Shown here: positions 19,915 to 29,619 of the stretch, one piece after another
How positions within the stretch are numbered: the stretch's first letter is position 1
Layout: every line of letters begins with the position of its first letter
DNA from: an uncultured Gemmatimonadales bacterium
Lineage (GTDB): Bacteria; Gemmatimonadota; Gemmatimonadetes; Gemmatimonadales; GWC2-71-9
Direction: 5' to 3'
Assembly: GCA_963842945.1 (NCBI GenBank)
Contig: CAWJIM010000005.1
Coordinates: 128,001 to 192,000, forward strand
DNA: 64,000 bases
The notes under the pieces: generated by a model
Databases searched by the model: none
What the model was told of the DNA's origin: nothing
What the model saw: only the letters and a program-made list of their open reading frames with translations
Made by a program: the position numbers and the translations under genes

Positions 19915-20779
19915 CGGTCAGCTGCAGTGCCAGCGGGAACGCCGATGTCTGAGGCCGATGATAGCCTCGCTCCAGCGCCACCAGGTCCAGCTCGACCGTC
20001 TCGAGATCCTGCAGCAGCAGCTCGAGCGGCAGGAAAGCCCTGGAGACTGGCAACCGATTTGAGATACCCATGGCAGGTCTCGCAGGTCTCCACCTTGAGC
20101 AGCTCCCCCGATTCATCGGGCGCGAGTGAGCCGAGCTGCCGGTGGTCCCGCTCGCCACAATAGATGCAGTAGAGCCACTCGACCTCCCAGTCGGCGGCGC
20201 AGCGTCCGCACCGAAGCCGGCGGCTGCGATCCAGCCCCCGCCGCTCCGCCAGCACCGGCCAGGCGGCGCAGATCGGACAGTAGCCTTCGGGCCAGTGGTG
20301 GGGAGTAGACTCTGGAGCTGCTGACTGCAGGCCTGGAGCAAGGGAAGCGCGGCCATGTGAGCGAGCGAGTCAAGCGCCGCGGGATCCACATCTTGTTGAG
20401 TCGCCAGGAGCTGGATGACGTGAGTGTTTCCGATGATTGCTGATGACATGAGCGCCAGGGAATCGGCGCGAGAGACACGAAGGCCACGAAGCGAACGGCC
20501 TCCCTCTATTTCTCCGGCGGTGAACGCGAGCTCCTCGATCAGCGACTGAGCCCGGCCGGCATCCACTCGAAGCGTGCGGTTGTGCAGCAGGGGCTCACGC
20601 CGGCTTGCGCTCGGCGAAATGCGGGCCGGCGTGAGAGCCAGAGGCCACCGCCCGCCGTCCATCGCCCGCCGCGCCACGTCCAGCAGACCGATCCAGCCTT
20701 GCCACTCCGGCCGCCGCCGCGCGACCTCGGCTAGTCGGGTGGTGGGGTCGCTCCGAAGACCGGCGGCGGTCCGTGACAT
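19889..20779 (-). CDS. fdhE: Formate dehydrogenase accessory protein FdhE; two frameshifts
   Basis: Cys pairs (YCPIC, CGRC, CIYCGE, CETCHGYLK) and DLETVELDLVALERGY, spread over two frames. Confidence 0.85.
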   Translation of the reverse strand: MSRTAAGLRSDPTTRLAEVARRRPEWQGWIGLLDVARRAMDGGRWPLALTPARISPSASRREPLLHNRTLRVDAGRAQSLIEELAFTAGEIEGGRSLRGLRVSRADSLALMSSAIIGNTHVIQLLATQQDVDPAALDSLAHMAALPLLQACSQQLQSLLPTTGPKATVRSAPPGRCWRSGGGWIAAAGFGADAAPPTGRSSGSTASIVASGTTGSSAHSRPMNRGSCSRWRPARPAMGISNRLPVSRAFLPLELLLQDLETVELDLVALERGYHRPQTSAFPLALQLTDDAAGAGL

Positions 20780-20968
20780 TCCACGCGCTCCGTCACACAG
20801 GGTGTGTCGTGATAAGGCTGGGCTCCCGCATGCAGCTCGACCGGGTGGCCCCAGTTCTTGACGTCTGCTCCGCGCTGGCCTCGGGGCCGGCCCGCTTCCG
20901 GGCTGGCGCACCCTGCAATCAGGCAGAGAGTGATTGTCACCCTGAGCGCAGCGAAGAGCTCGGATCAT
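20731..20968 (-). CDS. Small lipoprotein inside the FDH operon
   Basis: Lipobox IAGC followed by ASPEAGRPRGQRGADVKNWG. GTG start at 20940, or ATG at 20968 if one indel is assumed. Confidence 0.6.
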
Positions 20969-21930
20969 CTGACCCGTCACTCCCGATCCGATCACATGGA
21001 TCTGCTCCGACGACAACAGCACCACCATCCGAAGCAGGAACCCGCCCAGCAAGCACCAGCGACTGCACTCCGCAACCAAGCCTGCTGGCAGTGTGCCTCG
21101 CGTCCGCTTCGAGGACAAGCGGTACCAGGATGCCGACTCCGACCACACCGATCAGCAGCAGCACAGCCCCACCAGCTCAGGAACACCCGCGCCACCGAGC
21201 CCAGCGATACCAGAAATGCAATCAGCACCACCAGCTCCAGGATCAGCACGTTGCGGTCGAACCAGATCAGCCAGCTCAGCGACGCGGGATCGGCCGCTCG
21301 CCGCCGGATCGCCGAGCAGGATCAGCGCCGCCGCCCCGGTGGACGCGCCGGAGACCAGGAAGAGGAGACCGAGCAGATGGGAGTCGGCCCAGATCGGACG
21401 GTTGGTGACCGCGAGCAGCACCCCGGTGTAGCCGGCGATGAAGAGCCCGAAGATGCTCCCCAGCACCGCGATGACCACCGAGGGACCGCGGCGGCGGAGG
21501 AACCGCACCGGGGCTGACTGGAGCAGCCGCAGGTTCGGCCGGTCCTCACTCAGCGCGGCGAGCGCTGCCAGGAACGAGAACAACCCGAACAACAGCAGTC
21601 CCCACGACGCCGACCGACATCGGCTCCCACGCCTTGAACATCGGCTTGCCGGTGTGATTCTCGATCAGCATGTGCCAGAAGCGGAGCGGCCGGGTGAGAT
21701 CGACGGTGAGCAGGAAGCCGCTGATCAGCACGCCCATGAATGCCAGATAGTAGCCCAGGCGGACCATCGGGGTGCGGAGGAGCGGCGGAAGCGGACCCGG
21801 AAGTCGAGCCTCCGAACACATGCAGCAGCGACGCCAGCATGAACGCCGTCCCCGCGATCCCGCCAATGAAGAAGTAGAGGATGATCCACCAGGTCCAGTG
21901 CGGCGCCGCGGTGAAGAAGGTGTCAGACAT
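20965..21930 (-). CDS. NrfD/PsrC-family membrane anchor subunit; several frameshifts
   Basis: WTWWIILYFFIGGIAG, DLTRPLRFWHM, PMSVG, YTGVLL..TNRPIW, GGFLLR. Confidence 0.85.
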
Positions 21931-22780
21931 CCGCGCCTCCCTCCCCGCGTCCGGCTTCCCGCCTCCCCGCTTTCGTCCATCCGCCGCTTCCGCAGGCCGA
22001 CCAGTCCGAGCAGCGCAAGCACCACCGCGCCGGCGGCGGAGAAGAGCGACGACGGGAATCAGGTTCCGGGTGGGCATCTTGGGCGACGTGGGCAGACCCG
22101 TACACCTCCGGCTGATCCACCAGGAGGTAGAACGAGTTCAGCCCGCCGAGGAACTTGTCGTCGGCGCCGTACAGGTAGGCCCGCTTCTCTCCCAGGGTGT
22201 GCAGCTGCTCCACCCGGGCCTGGGCCATCTGCCTGCAGCTCGCGAATGGTGCCGAACCGGATCGAGTCGGTGGGGCAGGCCTGGGAGCACGCCGGCTCCA
22301 TGCCCGCCTGCAGCCGGTCGTAGCAGAGGGTGCACTTCTGGGCGACGTTGGAGACGTCGTTGATGTCGATGACGCCGAACGGACAGGCGCGCGATGCAGG
22401 CCCGGCAGCCGTTGCAGGTGTCCGACTGGATCACCACCGTGTCGAACTCGGTGCGGATGATGGCGCCCGGTGGGGCAGACCTCGAGGCAGGGCGCGTTGA
22501 CGCAGTGCTTGCAGACGTCGCTCATCATCAGCCAGCGCCCGTCGGTCCGGTCCTCGCTGAACTGCTCGATGAACTTGACGTGCCGCCAGTGGATCCCGTC
22601 CAGCCGGCGGGTGTTGTCGTAGCTGTCGCCGCTCATCTCGTGCTGCCCGCCGCCGGTCGCGGGGAGCTGGTTCCACTCCTTGCAGGCCACCTCGCATGCC
22701 TTGCAGCCGATGCAGACGGTGGTGTCGGTGTAGAAGCCCATCGGTTCGACGGCATGCGAGCGGGTCCGCTGGACGGCCAC
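21923..22780 (-). CDS. fdnH: Formate dehydrogenase beta (4Fe-4S) subunit with C-terminal TM; several frameshifts
   Basis: CIGCKACEVACKEWN, CKHC..PCLEVCPTG, CNGC..C, PACSQACPT. Confidence 0.85.
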   Translation of the reverse strand: MAVQRTRSHAVEPMGFYTDTTVCIGCKACEVACKEWNQLPATGGGQHEMSGDSYDNTRRLDGIHWRHVKFIEQFSEDRTDGRWLMMSDVCKHCVNAPCLEVCPTGRHHPHRVRHGGDPVGHLQRLPGLHRAPVRSASSTSTTSPTSPRSAPSATTGCRRAWSRRAPRPAPPTRSGSAPFASCRQMAQARVEQLHTLGEKRAYLYGADDKFLGGLNSFYLLVDQPEVYGSAHVAQDAHPEPDSRRRSSPPPARWCLRCSDWSACGSGGWTKAGRREAGRGEGGADV

Positions 22781-22839
22781 GCTGCCGCCTCAGCCGCTGA
22801 ACCCGCCCCGCCGCCCAGCTGCCCCGCCGCCCCGCTTCA

Positions 22840-25800
22840 TCACGCCTTCTCCACGTTGCACACGAAGGCCTTGCCCTCGTGGATGCGTCACGTTGGGATC
22901 GCCGACCATGCGACGGTAAGGGTGTTCACCACGTCGCCGGTGACGACACCCTCCCAGCCCCAGTGCCAGGGCATGCCGACCTGGTGGACCACCTTGTCAC
23001 CCAGCCGGAACGGCCGCATCCGGCGGGTGACCAGCGCCTTGGCCCGGATCTGCGCCCGCGGCGTGCTGATCCGCACCCAGTCGGTGTTCTTGATGCCCTT
23101 TCTCGCTGGCCAGCTCGGGTGAGAGCTCGATGAACAGCTCCGGCATCAGCTCGGCGAGCCAGGGATTCCACCGGCTCATCACGCCGGACAGGTAATGCTC
23201 GGTGAGCCGGTAGGTGGTGATGACGTAGGGGAACCGCGGGTCGGCGACGGCGGCGAGCGGGTTGTCGTCGCGCTTCCAGTACTTGAGCACCGGGCTCGAC
23301 TGCTGCCGGTAGAGCGGGTTCCGCACCGGCGATTCGGCCGGCTCGTAGTGGGTCGGCAGCGGGCCGTCGAGCAGGCCCGACGGGTTGAAGAGCCAGCCCT
23401 CGCCGTCGGGGATCATGATGAACGGCTCCGTGCCCGAGAGCGCGTCGAGGCCGATCGCCTTCGGGTTGCCCGGCGCGTCGGCGCCTTGGTCTTGGCGAAA
23501 TCGGGCGTGTCGTAGCCGGTCCATTCGCTTTCCGTCCCACCAGACCCAGCTTCTTGCGCTCGCTCCAGGGCCGGCCCTGGAGATCGGCCGAGGCGCGGTT
23601 GTAGAGCACCCGCCGGTTGGCCGGCCAGGCCCAGCCCCAGTTGCGCTCGCGCGCCGTGCACGCCCGGCGGGTCGGGCTCCTTGCTGGCCGCGAGGTTCTG
23701 GTCGGGCGCGGGGTACACGCCGCAGTAGATCCACGAGGCGCAGGTGGTGGAGCCGTCGTCCTTCAGCTCGTCGAAGCCCGTCGAGATGCTGCTCCGGGTG
23801 GCCGGTGACGATAGCCATTGATCTCCCGCAGCACCTTGTGCGCGTCCGGCTCGCCCGGCGGGCCGATCGGACTCGCGATGCGGGCCGCCGCCCGCGCTCG
23901 CGATCCGGATCGAAGTCCCAGATCAGATTCTTGAACCCCTGGTCCCGCGGCAGGTCGCTCTCGGCGTAGAGCTTCTTCAGCCGCAGGGCGAGCTGGTGGG
24001 TGAACCAGAGATCGGAGCGGCAATCGCCCGGCGGCTCGGCCGCCTTGAAGTGCCACTGCAGCATCCGCTGGGTGTTGGTGAAGCTCCCCTCGGTCTCGGC
24101 GACCTGGGCCGCGGGGAAGAAGAACACCTCGGTCGCGATGTCCTCCGGCTTCACCTCGCCGGCCTCGACCTCCGGCGCCCGCTTCCAGAAGGTCGCGGTC
24201 TCGGTGAGGAAGTTGTCCTTGCACCACCAGCCACTCCAGCTTCCGCATCCCCTTGCGCTCCAGCGCGGCGTTGAGCGAGGTGGCCGGGTTCTGCCCGACG
24301 CAGAGCATGCCCTTCACCCGCCCGTCGGCCATGGCGACGAACATCGGCATGTGGGAGTGGTCGCCGGTGATCTTGGGGTGCCAGTCGTAGCCGAAGTCGT
24401 TCTCCGCGGTCGCCGCGTCGCCGTACATCGACTTGAGGTAGGAGACCAGGAACTTGGGCATGTTGGCCCAGTAGCTGGTGGCGATTCGCTTCGGTCGCGA
24501 GGTAGTCCCGGAGCGTCGCGTGATCCTTGAGCGCCGACGGGGCCGGCATGTAGCCGTGGATGCTGTGGTAGAGCGTGGGCACATCGGTCGAGCCCTGGAT
24601 CGAGGCGTGCCCCCGGAGCGCCATGATCCCGCCGCCCGGCCGGCCCATGTTGCCCAGCAGCAGCTGCAGCAGGGCGCAGCACCCGATCATCTGGGGGCCG
24701 TTGGTGTGCTGGGTCCAGGCGACCGCGTAGGCGAAGGACGGTGGTCCGGTCGCGGCCCGAGTTCTCCAGGATCGTCTGCGGCCACCTTGGTGAAGCGTGT
24801 CCGCGCGGGCAGCCGGTCACCTGCTCGCACCATCTCCGGGGTGTAGCGGCTGAAGTGGCGCTTGACCAGCTGGAACACGCAGCGCGGATGCTTGAGGGTC
24901 TGCGTCGCGCCGCGGCGGTCGGCTTGAGCAGCGAGCGGATGACCGTGCTCGAGCGGCTCGCCCGGCCGCGGCTTGCTGCTGCGCCTCCTTCCGCCCGGGC
25001 GCCGCATTCTCCTCGCCGCCCCGCGGCTGGCCCATCTCGTCGCCTGCTGGGCTCGTACTGCCAGGAGTCGGTCTGGTACTGGCCGACGAAGCCGTCGTAG
25101 GGCCAGCCCGGCTTGTTCCGCTTGTACTCCATCAGGCCGGAGAACACGCCGTCCAGCTCCTCCGTGTCCTTGAAGTCGGTCCGGACGATGCGTGGCGGCG
25201 TTGGTGTAGTTGAGCAGGTACTCCTGGAAGAACGGGTCGGTCTTCCACCGCTCGTTGTTGATCACGTAGTTGATCAGCCCGCCGAGGAAGGCGATGTCGC
25301 TGCCGGCGCGGATCGGCGCGTAGATGTCGCACATCGCGCTGGTGCGGGTGAAGCGGGGATCCACGTGGATCAGCTTGGCGCCGTGCTCGGTCTTGGCCTT
25401 CATCGGCCAGCGGAAGGCCACCGGGTGGCACTCGGCCATGTTGGAGCCCTCGAACACGATGCAGTCCGAGTGCTCCATGTTGCGCGGGTAGGTGGTCGCC
25501 GCGCCGCGACCGAGCCGGGTCCCCAGACCGGGGACGCTAGAGGAGTGTCATATTCGGGCCTGGTTTTCGATCGCGACCACGCCCAGCCCCCGCATCAGCT
25601 TCTGCTGCATGTGGTTCCACTCGTTGTCGAGGGTGGCGCCGCCCAGCGCGAAGATCGCGGTGGTCTGGTTGACCAGGGTGCCGTCGGCCAGCCGCTCGAC
25701 GAAGGTCTCGTCGCGGGTCTTCTTCACCAGCTGGGCCACCCGGTCCATGGCCCAGTCGAGCTCCACTTCCTCCCAGTCCGCCGCGCCCGGCTTCCGGTGC

Positions 25801-26129
25801 AGCACCTTGGTGGCGCGGTTGGGGTTCTTGTGCAGCTGGTAGATGGCCGCGCCCTTGGGGCAGAGGCAGCCCTCGTTGTGCGGACTGCGCTTGTCGCCCT
25901 CGATGTTCACGATCTCGTCGCCGATCGTGTGCACGATCGTGGCGCAGCCGACCGAGCAGTAGGGACAGACGCTCGGAGTGGCCTTGGCTTCTCTGATCCG
26001 GAGGGCTTGGGCGCGGGCGGTGGCCGGCGCCAGACTGGCGCCGAGCCCGAGGAGCGATCCGAGTGCGGTTCCCGGCCCCAGGCCGGCGGCGGAGGCCTGG
26101 AGGAATTCACGTCGGGAAAGCTGAGTCAT
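22840..26129 (-). CDS. fdnG: Tat-exported selenocysteine formate dehydrogenase alpha subunit (Mo/W-bisPGD); Sec UGA at 25548-25550; many frameshifts
   Basis: SRREFL Tat motif; CPYCSVGC..CPKG; ENQARI-UGA-HSSSVPGLG; GSNMAECHP; ALRGHASIQGSTD; TTYRLTEH. Confidence 0.92.
25519..25550 (-). promoter_or_regulatory. Bacterial SECIS element
   Basis: Minus strand reads UGA, 12 nt, then hairpin GUCCCC-GGUCU-GGGGAC; the loop resembles the E. coli fdhF SECIS loop. Confidence 0.85.
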
Positions 26130-26418
26130 ACTGCATCCTATTCCTGGCCGCTCGCGTGGATTGCGAGGGGCAGTCCCTCTTCAGAAAACGCAGCATGTCC
26201 GACGTTCGCTCGAACACCCGCACATCCGGCACCGGCAGCGCCAGCTCCCGGGGCTCCAGCTTCAGGTCGAGGTGAGGCCAGCGCCCGCCCAGGTGCAAGG
26301 CCGAGGGCGGAGCACCCACTCGAGCGCAGAACGCCCGCAGCTCGGCGAGGTCATTGCTGGTGGACAGCACGTGGGACCATCCCGGTGCCCAGAGATTCTC
26401 CCGATCCATGACGATCAT
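26107..26418 (-). CDS. DUF4031-like small protein
   Basis: WSHVLS..LAELRAFCARVG..WPHLDL; ATGA overlap with the upstream hydrolase. Confidence 0.6.
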   Translation of the reverse strand: MIVMDRENLWAPGWSHVLSTSNDLAELRAFCARVGAPPSALHLGGRWPHLDLKLEPRELALPVPDVRVFERTSDMLRFLKRDCPSQSTRAARNRMQYDSAFPT

Positions 26419-27257
26419 GCGCCGATACCGGCTCCCAGGAACTCGACTGTCCGCCGTACGACCTCGCGGTCCCGCAGAATGGCGCGATGACCCAGACCGT
26501 TGGTGGTAAACAGCTCCGCTCCCGGCCATGCCTCCGCAATGGCGGAGCCATGGGCGTAGGGCACTTCCCGGTCGTTCCGGTCGTGGATGATGAGCACGGG
26601 CGCCGACATGCCGCGCGCGAGCGTGGGAATGTGGAGCTGGTCCCAGCTGATCTGCAGCCGGTTCTCCAGATTCCGCCGCATCAGGCTTCTCGCGCGCTCG
26701 GGGATCCGCAGATGTTCGGCAAAGGCGTGCGAGAAGAGGTACACGTCGGACGGAGGGGCCAGCAGCACGGCACGGGCCGGCTTGAGGCCATGCTTCATCG
26801 CCAGGGAGACCGCGGCGCCGCCGAGCGAGTGCCCCACCATTGCATAGGGCGGCTCGAAGACGCTCGCCACGTCGCGGATGGCGCGGGCGAACTGGGGCAG
26901 GGAAGCCTGCCGTCCCTCGGAGGCGCCGTGCGCCGGGGCGTCGAACAGCACCACCCGAAAACCCCGGGCGAGGAGCGCGGTCGCCATCTCGGTGAACCGG
27001 CCGGCTCTGGCTCCCCAGCCGTGCACCAGAATCACCATCGGTCCCTCGCCCCAGGTCCAGACCGCGAGCTGATGCCCGTCGCTGGGTACCCTCAGCCGGG
27101 TGCCCGTGGCGAGAAATGCCTCCTCCGCGGGTCGCGGATTGTTCCGGGGTGGCCGGCAGAAGATCGTCTCCGCCCACCGGGCGGCAACGCCGGGAGCCAC
27201 CGAACCCACTGTTCGGAAGGCGGTTCGAAGCACCCAGAGAGGAGGCGCGCTCTTCAC
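26415..27257 (-). CDS. Alpha/beta hydrolase
   Basis: HGWG, DAPAHG, GHSLGG, HDRNDREVP, GLGH. Confidence 0.9.
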   Translation of the reverse strand: MKSAPPLWVLRTAFRTVGSVAPGVAARWAETIFCRPPRNNPRPAEEAFLATGTRLRVPSDGHQLAVWTWGEGPMVILVHGWGARAGRFTEMATALLARGFRVVLFDAPAHGASEGRQASLPQFARAIRDVASVFEPPYAMVGHSLGGAAVSLAMKHGLKPARAVLLAPPSDVYLFSHAFAEHLRIPERARSLMRRNLENRLQISWDQLHIPTLARGMSAPVLIIHDRNDREVPYAHGSAIAEAWPGAELFTTNGLGHRAILRDREVVRRTVEFLGAGIGA

Positions 27258-27362
27258 CCAGACAAGCTAACACGGTGACCATCATCACCCGGCGGCCGCC
27301 GGATAGGGCTTAGCTTGACCTGATCCAATTGAGCCGCCGCTTCCTTTCTACTGGAGAGACCC

Positions 27363-27728
27363 ATGTCCGACCCCAACGCCTTCGATCGCGTTTCACCGGC
27401 GGAAGATTCCACCTGGCAGGCCAGCTGGGAAACCGAGGACAACTACTGGACCGAGAACTTCTCCAGCCGCCCCTACGCCCTGGGGCCGGACTACTACGAT
27501 CGCTTTCGGCCGGCGTACCGCTACGGCTTCGAGTCGGCGCAGCACCACGTGGGCCGTGACTGGGATGAAGCCGAGCCCGATCTGCGGCAAGGCTGGGAGC
27601 GGTACGAGCACCGGGGCGAAACGCCCACCACCTGGGACGAGATCAAGCACGCGGTGCGGGACGCCTGGGACCGGGTGGTCGGCACCCAGCGCAGCGCCGA
27701 GACGCGCAAGCCCGAGGTTCGGGAGTAA
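27363..27728 (+). CDS. Conserved hypothetical protein
   Basis: RBS GGAG; PAYRYG..WDEAEPDLRQGWE..WDEIKHAVRDAWDR. Confidence 0.75.
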   Translation: MSDPNAFDRVSPAEDSTWQASWETEDNYWTENFSSRPYALGPDYYDRFRPAYRYGFESAQHHVGRDWDEAEPDLRQGWERYEHRGETPTTWDEIKHAVRDAWDRVVGTQRSAETRKPEVRE

Positions 27729-27737
27729 CTTTCGGGC

Positions 27738-28886
27738 ATGGCCGATTCGATCCGCGACCTCCTCTTCGGAGGAGTCGCCAATGCCCGCGAGCTGGTCGAG
27801 GCAATCGAGCCCCGCCGCTCGTTCGACGACGTGGTGCTGCCCCAGACCACGCTCCGCTCGCTCAACCACGCGCTGGCGCTGGTTCGGAAGCACGATCTGA
27901 TTTTCCACCAGTGGGGCCTGGCCGAGCGCCACTCCAGCGGACTCGGTCTGGCATTCCACTTTGCCGGCCCGCCCGGCACCGGCAAGACCATCTGCGCGGA
28001 GGCGCTGGCGTACGCGCTGAACAAACGGCTGCTGGTGGTGCGCTACGCCGAGCTGGAGTCGCGCTGGGTGGGACAGACGGCCAAGCATGTGGCCTCCGTC
28101 TTCCGCTCGGCCGCGCGGCAGGACGCCGTGCTCTTCTTCGACGAGGCCGACGCCATCGCCGGGCGCCGTTTCACCTCGATGAACGCGGCCTACGAGCGGG
28201 AGGCCAACGGCATCGTCAACGTGCTGCTGCACGAGCTGGAGACCTTTCCCGGCGTGGTCATCTTCGCCACCAACCTGGCCGCGAACATCGATCCCGCGTT
28301 CGAGCGGCGGATCCGGACCCACATCCTCTTCGACATGCCCAACGCGGAGGAGCGGGAGCGCATCTGGCGGGTCCAGCTCCACGCCCGGAAAACTCCGCTG
28401 GCCGACGACGTGGACTTTCAGGCCCTGGCCGAGGCTTACGCCAGAAGCGGGGGCGACATCAAGAACGCGGTGTTGAAGGCGGCCCAGATTGCCACCCTCG
28501 AGCCGGTCCCGGACCCGGAGAAACGAATTCACCAGCGCCACTTCATTCAGGGAATGGAGGAGGTCATCGCGGCGCAGGCGGTGATGTCTCAGTCGCTGTT
28601 CGATGAGCCGATTCCGGGCGGCGTGGACCGTCTCACCGAGACTCGTGAGGAGCTGCAGAGCGAGCTGGCGCTGCTGGCCGAGCGGTTCGAGGGTCTCGAG
28701 CGCACCATCCGGAAGCTTGCGGGGCAGCACTCGGCCACGCGGGGCGAGCTGGAGACTCGGCAGGGCCAAATTCTCGAAACCCTGAGCGCCGACCGCCGCC
28801 GCCGCGATCGCACCATGTACCTGCTGGTGGCGGGCGTGCTGCTCTTGGCTCTCGTCGCGCTGGTGCTGCCCTGGGTCAATAGCTGA
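27738..28886 (+). CDS. AAA+ ATPase with C-terminal coiled coil and TM anchor
   Basis: GPPGTGKT, FFDEAD, ATN, DPAFERR; hydrophobic C-terminus. Confidence 0.88.
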   Translation: MADSIRDLLFGGVANARELVEAIEPRRSFDDVVLPQTTLRSLNHALALVRKHDLIFHQWGLAERHSSGLGLAFHFAGPPGTGKTICAEALAYALNKRLLVVRYAELESRWVGQTAKHVASVFRSAARQDAVLFFDEADAIAGRRFTSMNAAYEREANGIVNVLLHELETFPGVVIFATNLAANIDPAFERRIRTHILFDMPNAEERERIWRVQLHARKTPLADDVDFQALAEAYARSGGDIKNAVLKAAQIATLEPVPDPEKRIHQRHFIQGMEEVIAAQAVMSQSLFDEPIPGGVDRLTETREELQSELALLAERFEGLERTIRKLAGQHSATRGELETRQGQILETLSADRRRRDRTMYLLVAGVLLLALVALVLPWVNS

Positions 28887-28899
28887 AGCTCGGTCCAGC

Positions 28900-29619
28900 G
28901 TGGATCTGAGCGACTGGACTCCCTACGCGGAGGCGATGTCCGCCTTTCATCGCGGCAATCGCGACGCGTACATGGTGGTGTACGACGATTATGAGCGCGA
29001 CGAAGTACCCCTCTCCTATTTCTTCCGCGGCCCCAACGAATTTCCCGAGGTAGAGCGGCTGGCCCTGAATCTGTGCCGTGGGCGGGTGCTCGATGTCGGC
29101 GCCGGCTCCGGCTGCCACACGCTCGCGCTGCAGGAACGCGGACTTCAGGTCACCGCGATCGAGATCCTGCCGGAGATGGTGGACATCTTGAAGGAGCGAG
29201 GCGTACGGGACGCCCGCCAGGCAACCTGGATGGATCTGCTGGACGAGCCGTTCGATACCGTCCTGATGATGATGAACGGGCTCGGCCTGACCGAGACGTT
29301 GCCCGGATTGCGCCGCTTCTTCCGGCGGGCTCGGCGGTTGGTCAAGCCTGACGGCCAGGTGCTGGCCGATTCCACCGATGTGCGGGTGCGGATGGAGCCG
29401 AAGGCGGGGCGATCCGGCGGCTCAACCCGTCTCGATGGCCGCTACGTGGGCGAGCTGCACTTTCAAATCGAGTTCGAGGGCCGCAAGGGCCCGCCGTTTG
29501 CCCAGCTGTACGTCGATCCCGCGACCCTGGACCGCTCCGCCCGGAGTGAAAAGTGGAGCTGCGAGATCATCCATCCGCCCGATGAGTACGGCCACTACCT
29601 GGCTCGTCTCACCCCTTGA
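28900..29619 (+). CDS. Class I SAM-dependent methyltransferase
   Basis: VLDVGAGSG, FDTVLMMMNGLG. Confidence 0.88.
   Translation: MDLSDWTPYAEAMSAFHRGNRDAYMVVYDDYERDEVPLSYFFRGPNEFPEVERLALNLCRGRVLDVGAGSGCHTLALQERGLQVTAIEILPEMVDILKERGVRDARQATWMDLLDEPFDTVLMMMNGLGLTETLPGLRRFFRRARRLVKPDGQVLADSTDVRVRMEPKAGRSGGSTRLDGRYVGELHFQIEFEGRKGPPFAQLYVDPATLDRSARSEKWSCEIIHPPDEYGHYLARLTP

Noticed and set aside
22840..26129. fdnG as a pseudogene or a set of small genes
   Set aside because: The first stop is a Sec codon with a SECIS. The other breaks are indels with all motifs intact, matching the window-wide error pattern.
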